A DNA stretch of 10,294 nucleotides from positions 1-10,294 of the forward strand of contig JBDHAC010000085.1 of the NCBI GenBank assembly GCA_039588275.1, written 5' to 3'. The notes beneath the pieces are model-generated. The model was given only the letters and a program-made list of their open reading frames with translations. It was not told the DNA's origin and ran no database searches. This document shows positions 1-6,598 of the stretch, one piece after another; the first letter of the stretch is position 1, and each line of letters starts with the position of its first letter. This DNA is from Gemmatimonadota bacterium. GTDB lineage: Bacteria > Gemmatimonadota > Gemmatimonadetes > Palauibacterales > Palauibacteraceae. The translations under genes and the position numbers were made by a program.

Positions 1-752
1 TCGCCACCGGTATTGCCGCCGCCGTTGCTGCCGTCGCCCGCGCCATCACCTCCGGTACCACCGCTCGACCCGCCGTCGTCCGAGCCACTGCTGCCCGTGT
101 CACCGCCCGAATCGCCGCCCGAACCGCTGTCATCGGAGCCACTGCTCCCATCATCGACGTCGCCGCCGCCCGGCAACTCGGGATCATCCCCAGCCGGGAG
201 CACCACGTCGGGCTCATCGCCGTCAGCCCCGAACAGGAACGCCGCAGCCGGAAGAGCGACGATGAAGTACGCGGCGACCGGTCGGCCACAGCGTGGACGG
301 TCTTCCTCGCTCAGACCGCGGGCGGGATCCATCCACTCGACCTCGTCTTCACACGATCGGTTCCCTGGATCCGCGACCCCGCCAGCGGACGCTCCAACCG
401 TGGGGCCGCCCGATCCGGAATCCGCAGCGTCGAGCCAGGTATCCGTGATGTCGACGCACCCGGCACCGGTCGCAGGATCGCACGTCATCCCCTGATCGTT
501 GGCATACACACGGAGCCGCTCACGGGCCACGGCCGCCACCTCGGGTGACAGATCAGTCGACTGCGTCGCGTTCGGAACGTAGAAGAAAAGCCGCTCGCCT
601 TCAGCGTGGACCTGGACGCTGGCGCACGAGACCATCCAACCACCGCACTCCTGCGCCTGGGCGACCACCGGGGTCGGAGGCGTCAGGAGTAGCGCGAGTC
701 CGCCGGCGAGGCCCCATATGGAGAGCCCGCGTGCACGATTTGACATCGACAT
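1..752 (-). CDS. Secreted protein with Gly/Asp/Ser-rich linker, possible PEP-CTERM-type sorting substrate (3' end outside window)
   Basis: Manual minus-strand translation is open from ATG 752 (alternative 746) to the window edge, with AAGGAG at 770-765. It reads MSMSNRARGLSIWGLAGGLALLLTPPTPVVAQAQECGGWMVSCASVQVH..., i.e. a signal peptide, six Cys, then GGGDVDDGSSGSDDSGSGGDSGGDTG... The PEP-CTERM call is inference because the C-terminus is not visible. Confidence 0.8.
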   Translation of the reverse strand, partial: MSMSNRARGLSIWGLAGGLALLLTPPTPVVAQAQECGGWMVSCASVQVHAEGERLFFYVPNATQSTDLSPEVAAVARERLRVYANDQGMTCDPATGAGCVDITDTWLDAADSGSGGPTVGASAGGVADPGNRSCEDEVEWMDPARGLSEEDRPRCGRPVAAYFIVALPAAAFLFGADGDEPDVVLPAGDDPELPGGGDVDDGSSGSDDSGSGGDSGGDTGSSGSDDGGSSGGTGGDGAGDGSNGGGNTGG

Positions 753-887
753 GCTAATCGGTGACTCCTTGCGGCGTGGAGCCGACAATGTGCGACTCCA
801 AAACCCATGCTCAACAATCGCTGCGCGCCGGGCGCAGTCGTCCGACGCATTTCGTTGCAAGTACGGGGCTCGGTCGAGTATCGGACG

Positions 888-913
888 TAACCGACTTCAT
901 ATCAACGTTTTAC
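888..913. promoter_or_regulatory. IHF-like binding site
   Basis: TATCAACGTTTTA (900-912) matches the E. coli IHF consensus WATCAANNNNTTR exactly and lies in the intergenic region upstream of the 752 gene. Confidence 0.5.
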
Positions 914-972
914 ACGATGGGCGGCGGGGTGCGCCGGACGGACGTGTGGGGGGCATCCAACACTTCGCGCGT

Positions 973-1335
973 TTAGCGGATGGTGATCACGGAATGGTCG
1001 AGATTGTCGGTGATCGTCCACACCACCGTGTCGCCCGGTTGAACGAGCACTTCGTCCGAAACATACGAGCGCGGTGACCCGATCGGCATCGCGAGAAAAG
1101 CCACGTTGCCGCTCGAGAACGCCAGGCGCGGAAGCCGGAAGGACTCGGTGTTGCTGGTGGTGACCACCCCCAGCGACACGCGCTGCCCGCTGACGATCAC
1201 GTAGACGTGCACGTCGAGCGGATTGTAGTTGCTGACCTCGACGGTCGATGGTGGTTCGGACGTATCCGACGCCGGCGCCGAGGCACACGCCGACAGCCCG
1301 CCGACAGCCAGGAGCACGTACGCGATTCGTCTCAT
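973..1335 (-). CDS. Small beta-rich lipoprotein, 120 aa, function unknown
   Basis: GAGGAGG precedes ATG 1335. MRRIAYVLLAVGGLSAC is a lipoprotein signal with lipobox LSAC, followed by a beta-strand-rich mature domain. Confidence 0.85.
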   Translation of the reverse strand: MRRIAYVLLAVGGLSACASAPASDTSEPPSTVEVSNYNPLDVHVYVIVSGQRVSLGVVTTSNTESFRLPRLAFSSGNVAFLAMPIGSPRSYVSDEVLVQPGDTVVWTITDNLDHSVITIR

Positions 1336-1483
1336 TACATGCCCCTCCTCGCGGTAGCGGCGTCTTCTTCCCCGGTCGTGCTGCGCCAACCCGGTTTCGT
1401 TATCGGTCTTGATACTCCGATGACCTTCCCCCGGATCATCGGACATGACCCGACTCGATGGCAATGGGGGACTGGCGCGCACC

Positions 1484-2536
1484 ATGGGTACGGCTCCATG
1501 CCGCGAAACCGGCGCCGCCCTCCCCTATACACTCTTCACGCTCGTGCTACTGTCCCTGGCGGCGACGGGAGGATTCGTCCTGGCCTGGGCGGAGCTCCGT
1601 TCCAGCCAGGCGTTCGGAGCGGGCGTCGTCGCCTTCTATGTGAGCGATGGAGGATGGCAGCAGGCGCTGGCCGGCGGCGCCGGGCGTCCTCCACCCACAC
1701 AATCGCTCGCGATCGGGGTCGGGCGAGCCCGGGTCACCTCCACGAGGATTCTGACGCTGGGGTATGGGGAGTCCCTCTACCGGATGTCATCGACCGGTAC
1801 CGTCGTCGGACCCCGCGGGGGCGTCTTCGACCGCACCGTCTCCGTCATCGTGTGGGCCGCAGAGCCGCCTCTGTTTCCGGCGGCGATCACGACATCGACG
1901 GGTCTCCTCGCAGACGTCACGAATGGAACGATCTCCGGGCTCGATCACGCCCCGGGTTGCTCTGGCCGGTACGGTGGACCCATCGCTGCGCTGGCCAGTC
2001 CGGCGTCGGCCCCCTTGTCGGTCGGACCGGGGCTGCAGCTTTCCGGTGTCCCGACCATCCGCTCGCTAGGTCCCCTCGTCTCGCTGCGACGGGCGACGGG
2101 CTTGAATTGGGCCGACCTGATCGCGACGTACGGTCTGCCTCGGGATGCCTCGATTCCTCCGGATCCGTGGCCCGCCCCTCCAGCCGCGGGCTCGTCGCAA
2201 TGGCCGGTGATCGACCTCCACACATCCCCGGCCCGATTGGACGCGGTCAACAGCGGCCGCGGTGCGTTGATCGCCCGAGGAGACCTCCAGCTGGACGGTG
2301 GCTTCGGGTGGCGAGGTCTGATTCTGGTCGGGGGCGCTCTTCGGGTTCGCGGGGACGTTCGACTCGAAGGCGCGGTCGTGGCAGGCCTGGACAGCACGGC
2401 CGCCTCGACGCCTGCAATCGATCTGGGCGGCGGACGGGTAGACATCCGGTTCGACTCCTGCGCGGCGGAAGCGGCCGCCCGCGCCATCGCTACTCGGCCG
2501 GCTGCCCAGCCTGGCACGTGGCGCGAGGAGATGTGA
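1484..2536 (+). CDS. PilX-like minor pilin / type IV pilus assembly protein
   Basis: RETG|AALPYTLFTLVLLSLAA resembles a class III prepilin signal lacking Glu+5, as in PilX/GspK. It is followed by AFYVSDGG and C-terminal beta-solenoid-like repeats (GALIARGDL, GLILVGGAL, GAVVAG). Start is 1484 or 1445. Confidence 0.7.
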   Translation: MGTAPCRETGAALPYTLFTLVLLSLAATGGFVLAWAELRSSQAFGAGVVAFYVSDGGWQQALAGGAGRPPPTQSLAIGVGRARVTSTRILTLGYGESLYRMSSTGTVVGPRGGVFDRTVSVIVWAAEPPLFPAAITTSTGLLADVTNGTISGLDHAPGCSGRYGGPIAALASPASAPLSVGPGLQLSGVPTIRSLGPLVSLRRATGLNWADLIATYGLPRDASIPPDPWPAPPAAGSSQWPVIDLHTSPARLDAVNSGRGALIARGDLQLDGGFGWRGLILVGGALRVRGDVRLEGAVVAGLDSTAASTPAIDLGGGRVDIRFDSCAAEAAARAIATRPAAQPGTWREEM

Positions 2537-3274
2537 TCAGTCCAGCTCGCGGAGCAGGACGGTGAGCAGGTCGTCGGGGTTGTCCACGTGGACCCAATGG
2601 CCCGCGTGGATGCGATGGACGAGCGACCGTCCCCGATGACCGGCTGCTTCCACGCGCGAGCATTCCGCCTCGGGCATGACATCGGATTCTGTCGCCTTCA
2701 CGAAGTGAATCCGTGTGCCCGGCGGTGGGTCTTCCGCCACATCCCACACGTCCGTCCGGAAGAAATCGTACAACAACGCCTCCACGCCATTCAGATCGAA
2801 CCGCCACCGGAAGCGTCTCCCGCGTAGCTCCAGGTTGGTGGCCATCCACCGCGCGACGTACGGGACCACCTGCAAGTCGATGAGCCTCTGTACCGCTTCG
2901 GCTCGGCTGTCGTAGTCCGGGGGGAGTCGACGCAGGATTTGAAGCATCCGATACGCGGCTCCACCTGGAGAGCGGCGCGACGGCGTCGAATCGATCACCC
3001 AGACTTGAGCCGGTGAGAGCAGCCCCGCACCCATCAGGGCCACCTTGCCGCCGAACGAGTGCCCCAGGACCGCGTCGGCGGGCCGGCCCAAAGCCTCGGC
3101 CAGCTCGTATACATCGTGGGCGCACGCGTGCAGCGTGTGAGGGGGCGCGAAACCCTGGGAGTGACCGTGCAAACGCAGATCGACGAGGATCACGCCCCAT
3201 TCGGGTCGGCTCGCGACGATCGAGCGGGCTACAGATCCCCAGTTGCGGCCCGCGCCGTAGATCCCATGCACCAC
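2537..3274 (-). CDS. Alpha/beta fold hydrolase (YbfF/ABHD11-like esterase); true 5' end uncertain
   Basis: HGIYGAGRNW, DLRLHGHS, nucleophile elbow GHSFGG and AGHWVHVDNP motifs. The frame stays open upstream to a TGA at 3394-3392 with no ATG/GTG/TTG. Confidence 0.9.
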   Translation of the reverse strand: MVHGIYGAGRNWGSVARSIVASRPEWGVILVDLRLHGHSQGFAPPHTLHACAHDVYELAEALGRPADAVLGHSFGGKVALMGAGLLSPAQVWVIDSTPSRRSPGGAAYRMLQILRRLPPDYDSRAEAVQRLIDLQVVPYVARWMATNLELRGRRFRWRFDLNGVEALLYDFFRTDVWDVAEDPPPGTRIHFVKATESDVMPEAECSRVEAAGHRGRSLVHRIHAGHWVHVDNPDDLLTVLLRELD

Positions 3275-3444
3275 ATAGAGACACCGGGATGAGCGACCCG
3301 AATCGATCTTCAGATGGTGTAGGAGCTCGGCGCTCTTGCGGACTCGCGTGGTGATAATCTGGATCGGCCCTATCTTGAGTCGCTCTTTTGCTCACGGCGG
3401 CTTCGCCTCGATAGCGGCTCTGACCGCGGGGCGGAAAAAAGGTA

Positions 3445-3457
3445 CGTCGAATGCCAT
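3445..3457 (+). repeat. Left att core CGTCGAATGCCAT
   Basis: Identical to 5519-5531. Confidence 0.8.
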
Positions 3458-3526
3458 GCGCTGGCACCTTTCGACGCGGGGTAAGTTCCTGTCAGGTATC
3501 CGTTTCGCTTTCCCCGCATACCCCGC

Positions 3527-4105
3527 TCATCCGCCTGATTGTGCCGCTTTTTTGCCGTGAATCGGCTGGACCTGCCGCGTTCGTGGCTCGTCCCCGTGAT
3601 AGCGGGCCAGCTTTTCGACGGCTTCTTCAAGCCTGACGGAATCCACGATCGAGTATCGGTCGTAGATGCTCTCCGTCTTGTGGCCCGTGAGGTCCATCGC
3701 GTCGGAACGGCTACCGCCCGCGCGCTCGAGGTTCCGCACGGCAGTCCGTCGCAGATCGTGAAACCATGCGCCCGCGAGTCCCGCCCGCTCGGTCGCACCG
3801 AGCCAGGCGGTGTAGGACGACCGGATCGGCTCCCCGCCCCGATGGAACACGTAGGGGCAGATCATGTCCCGTTCGCGTTCCACGCGATTGGTGCGGGTGC
3901 GTTGCTCGGTGAGTAGGTCCTCGAGTTCGGGTAACTTCCAGAACGGAAGCTCGCGTCCGCGTCCGTTCTTCGATCGGCTGCCCTCAAGCCGGACCCAGCC
4001 CGCTTCGAGGTCCACCGACGCCCAACGCAGCCCGACGGTTTCCTGCTTCCGCCAGCCGGTGAGGGCCGCGAACCGGACCACGGGCGCGAGGTCGGCTCCG
4101 ATCTC
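3527..4105 (-). pseudogene. Tyrosine recombinase/phage integrase, catalytic domain only (N-terminally truncated)
   Basis: Motifs TGWR, SKNG, HDLRR, GHKT and YDRY give an intact R-K-H-R-H-Y set. Integrase-like sequence starts near EIGADLAPVV (~4105) with no core-binding or arm-binding domain. A possible GTG start lies at 4081. Confidence 0.85.
3536..3557. repeat. Tandem arm-type-like site 1 (TGATTGTGCCG-CTTT-TTTGCCG)
   Basis: TGATTGTGCCG is identical to 5387-5397. The TGCCG units repeat at an 11-bp period and overlap the last integrase codons. Confidence 0.65.
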
Positions 4106-4169
4106 CCCGGCCCTCCCTTGACTGTCGCCTAACGGCCCCAGATCCTCGGGGCAGGAGGGGAAGCACCCA

Positions 4170-4274
4170 ATGAAGCGGACTCTATTCGCGATCATTGCCC
4201 TGGTTATCGGAGTGATTGTGGTCGAGCTGGTATTTGGGTACTGCTTCACGAGTGCTATCGGGCCTCCCGGATAG
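4170..4274 (+). CDS. 34-aa single-transmembrane peptide
   Basis: AGGAGG at 4153-4158, ATG 4170, MKRTLFAIIALVIGVIVVELVFGYCFTSAIGPPG, TAG 4272-4274. It is below the ORF-track cutoff. Confidence 0.6.
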   Translation: MKRTLFAIIALVIGVIVVELVFGYCFTSAIGPPG

Positions 4275-4300
4275 CGTGGTGGCGTAGCCGCTTTTGGCCG

Positions 4301-4699
4301 TCATGCGGCTCGCACCCGTTTGAGCTTCTTGAGCTGCGCCTCAAGCTCGCGTATCCGGTCGGTCAGCTCGCCCACGTCGAAGGCCCGCAGGAACGCCTCG
4401 ACGGCCCGCACCGCCACCTGCCCGTCTCGGTTCGGGAGCCGTCCCGCCGCCACCGCCTGCCCGATCAGCTCCAGCCACCTACGGGCGTCCTCTGGGTTCT
4501 TGAGCGGCCCCAGCTCGTCGGGCTCGAGGCCCGCTCGCTTGTATCGCTCGGCTGTCGCCTGAGCGCCCTTCCTGCCTAGCTCCGCCATGCGCTCCCGGCC
4601 CTCGGGGGCGTGGGCAGGGCATAGGCCCGTGGTGGCGTCTACGAGGTGGTCAGGGGCCCGACAGGGCTCCCCGGCTTTGTTCCTGGCCTTAAACGGCAC
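4301..4699 (-). CDS. Phage/satellite-type hypothetical protein with DUF5763/HGGxSTG-like Cys-His N-terminus and coiled-coil C-terminus
   Basis: Strong AGGAGG 8 nt before GTG 4699. Motifs KARNKAGEPC...LCPAH, LGRKGAQAT and ELTDRIRELEAQL. Family assignment is from motif recall, not a search. Confidence 0.75.
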   Translation of the reverse strand: MPFKARNKAGEPCRAPDHLVDATTGLCPAHAPEGRERMAELGRKGAQATAERYKRAGLEPDELGPLKNPEDARRWLELIGQAVAAGRLPNRDGQVAVRAVEAFLRAFDVGELTDRIRELEAQLKKLKRVRAA

Positions 4700-4763
4700 G
4701 GCTTAGTCCTCCTCTACGTTTGGGGTGCGATGGGCGTGTGCGGTGCGAATCCATGTCCACGGG

Positions 4764-4783
4764 CGGCACAATCGCGGCACACC
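4764..4783 (+). repeat. Inverted repeat left / tandem arm-type-like site 2 (CGGCACAATCGCGGCACACC)
   Basis: 19/20 identical to the reverse complement of 5378-5397. Confidence 0.8.
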
Positions 4784-4954
4784 CGCAACGGAAGCGCTTG
4801 CGATAGGGGGGTTACGCGGGCGTATAGGACCAGTAACGCCATGCGTCCACCCGGAACCGACGCGATACAGCGCGCGCGGGAACCCATGGAGGGGTGCAGC
4901 GGGCGGGGCAGGAGGGGCTGTCTCACGCCTGCCGGTTGGGGAGAAACGGACCGA

Positions 4955-4980
4955 TAACTCCAATAATATCATTAGCTTAC
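4955..4980. promoter_or_regulatory. IHF-like site in AT-rich patch
   Basis: TATCATTAGCTTA has one mismatch to WATCAANNNNTTR and shares the TAAC-N7-ATATCA-N5-TTAC frame with 888-913. Confidence 0.45.
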
Positions 4981-5119
4981 GTACCTGGGGGGGTTGCGCG
5001 CGTCCGCGTGTACGTCGCATTCTGCGATCACGAGTCCTCACGACTTTCTTTTCTCGGGCCGAGCGCCGCCGGAGGCGCTCGGCAAGCACCCACCGTCCAG
5101 GCGGCAGGAGGTGACGACC

Positions 5120-5359
5120 GTGCCGAAGTTCATCGATACCCATCCCATGAAGCCGTTCACGGCGGACGCCCTGAACGAGTTGCAGAACGCGCCGCCGGAC
5201 GAGTTCGGCGTCACGCACCACGACATCCTGTTCAGCGAGGAGGACGACCAGATCTATTGCGTTCTGGACGCCCCGAACGCCGAAGCGGTCCACAAGCATC
5301 ATGCGAAGGCCGGCCTCACGTGTGAATTCGTCCGCGAAGTGAAGTCGACGCGCGGGTGA
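5120..5359 (+). CDS. DUF4242 / SCO4226-like small metal(nickel)-binding family protein, 79 aa
   Basis: AGGAGG 5106-5111, 8 nt before GTG 5120. MPKFIDTH...GVTHH...IYCVLDAPNAEAVHKHHAKAGL...VREV matches the family pattern. Confidence 0.85.
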   Translation: MPKFIDTHPMKPFTADALNELQNAPPDEFGVTHHDILFSEEDDQIYCVLDAPNAEAVHKHHAKAGLTCEFVREVKSTRG

Positions 5360-5377
5360 GGGAAGCCCTTGGCCGCC

Positions 5378-5397
5378 GGTGTGCCGTGATTGTGCCG
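5378..5397 (-). repeat. Inverted repeat right / tandem arm-type-like site 3 (GGTGTGCCGTGATTGTGCCG)
   Basis: Reverse complement is CGGCACAATCACGGCACACC; it lies 121 bp inside the right att core. Confidence 0.8.
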
Positions 5398-5518
5398 TAA
5401 CGGTGACACGCTGAGCGTATCTGAACGGTAAACGCCCTCCAGCCCGATTGGGCGAAAAGCCCCGCACCGTGTAGCTTGGTCCGGTTCTGTACCTATCTGG
5501 ATCACCTACCTCGTGGGG

Positions 5519-5531
5519 CGTCGAATGCCAT
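5519..5531 (+). repeat. Right att core CGTCGAATGCCAT
   Basis: Identical to 3445-3457; includes ATG 5525-5527. Confidence 0.8.
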
Positions 5532-6529
5532 CAGGGGTCGATTCCAGCTCGTCGGCGTTCGAGCCCTACCCGGGGCTGCGGAACCCGCATGCGCAGACGC
5601 TCACGGCAAGGCTGCTTCGCGCTCGCTTCCGAACTCGGTACGCGCGAACGCGAATCGCGACGCCCGATGGCGACTTCCTCGACCTCGACGTGGCCGGCCG
5701 ACCGGACCCGGGCAGTCCGGTGTGTCTCATCCTGCATGGCCTCGAAGGCTCCTCCAGGTCCGGGTACGTGCTCTCCGCTTCCCGGGCACTACAGACGATC
5801 GGGATCTCGTGCGTCGCGATGAACTTCCGGTCCTGCAGCGGCGAGCCCAACGAGAGGCCCCAGTCGTATCATGCCGGGAAGACCGATGACATCGAGCTGG
5901 TGCTCGATTGGCTGACCCGGCGCTTCCCACACGCGCGAAGAGGAGTGCTGGGGTTCTCCCTGGGCGGCAACGCGCTGCTCAAGTACCTGGGCGAGGCGGG
6001 CGAAGCGGCGTCTGCCCAGGTCGACGGCGCGGTCACGATCTCCGTCCCGTTCGACCTGGCCTCGTCGGCGCAGACCCTCGAGAACGGGGTGGGTCGGGTC
6101 TATGCAAGTCATTTCCTGCGCTCGATGCGTCGCAAGGTGCGGGAGAAGGCCAAGCGATTCCCGGACGCATTCGATTTGAACGCCGTCGGGCGAGCCCGGA
6201 CGCTGCGGGCGTTCGACGAGGTCGTGACGGCCCCCATCCATGGGTTCTCTACGGCGGGGGACTACTACGGTGCGTGTAGCTCGCAGCGCTATCTGGATGC
6301 CATCCGAGTGCCCACGACCGTGATTCACTCGCGCGACGATCCGCTCGTGCCCGAGAACACCATCCCGTGGACTACGTTCGATCGGAACGGGACGATCCGT
6401 GCCGTGATCACCGAAAAGGGCGGACACGTCGGCTTCATCACCCGCAGTGCCGGCCCGGCGCCGCATCTTTGGGCCGAGGCCGAGGCCGCGCGCCGATTGC
6501 AGGGGCACATCGCACAACGGGGAACCTGA
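5525..6529 (+). CDS. yheT: YheT-family alpha/beta hydrolase
   Basis: NPHAQT, TPDGDFLDLD, HGLEGSS, NFRSCSGEPN, GFSLGGN, SRDDP and GGHVGF motifs give a Ser-Asp-His triad. Confidence 0.9.
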   Translation: MPSGVDSSSSAFEPYPGLRNPHAQTLTARLLRARFRTRYARTRIATPDGDFLDLDVAGRPDPGSPVCLILHGLEGSSRSGYVLSASRALQTIGISCVAMNFRSCSGEPNERPQSYHAGKTDDIELVLDWLTRRFPHARRGVLGFSLGGNALLKYLGEAGEAASAQVDGAVTISVPFDLASSAQTLENGVGRVYASHFLRSMRRKVREKAKRFPDAFDLNAVGRARTLRAFDEVVTAPIHGFSTAGDYYGACSSQRYLDAIRVPTTVIHSRDDPLVPENTIPWTTFDRNGTIRAVITEKGGHVGFITRSAGPAPHLWAEAEAARRLQGHIAQRGT

Positions 6530-6598
6530 GGTGTAGCAGTTCGCCGCACACACACCGACTTGGGTATGACCTCGCATCGGGAGACCGGAGGAATCGCA

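Larger units (their letters stand above)
3445..5531. mobile_element. Small, probably non-autonomous tyrosine-integrase element (~2.07 kb) inserted at the yheT start codon
   Basis: Flanked by an exact 13-bp direct repeat. The integrase 3' end lies about 70 bp from the left repeat. Tandem TGTGCCG arm-like sites sit just inside both ends, and the internal genes are phage/satellite-like. Confidence 0.8.

Noticed and set aside
13..495. Pro/Ser-rich 160-aa ORF on the + strand
   Set aside because: Antisense shadow of the Gly/Asp-rich minus-strand gene, which has an RBS and a signal peptide.
4106..4249. N-terminal 48 aa of the 240-aa integrase ORF
   Set aside because: No integrase-like character, and it partly overlaps the antisense RBS-bearing 34-aa ORF.
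4836..5026. Degenerate att-core copies (AACGCCATGCG ~4836; GTACGTCGCAT ~5010)
   Set aside because: Short, imperfect matches that are plausible by chance in GC-rich DNA.
4764..5397. MITE/IS interpretation of the inverted repeats
   Set aside because: No target-site duplication or transposase, and the same motif recurs at the integrase 3' end, which favours a recombinase-related site.
3395..5531. tRNA/tmRNA as integration target
   Set aside because: No cloverleaf or GGTTCRA T-loop in a plausible context found by eye at either junction.
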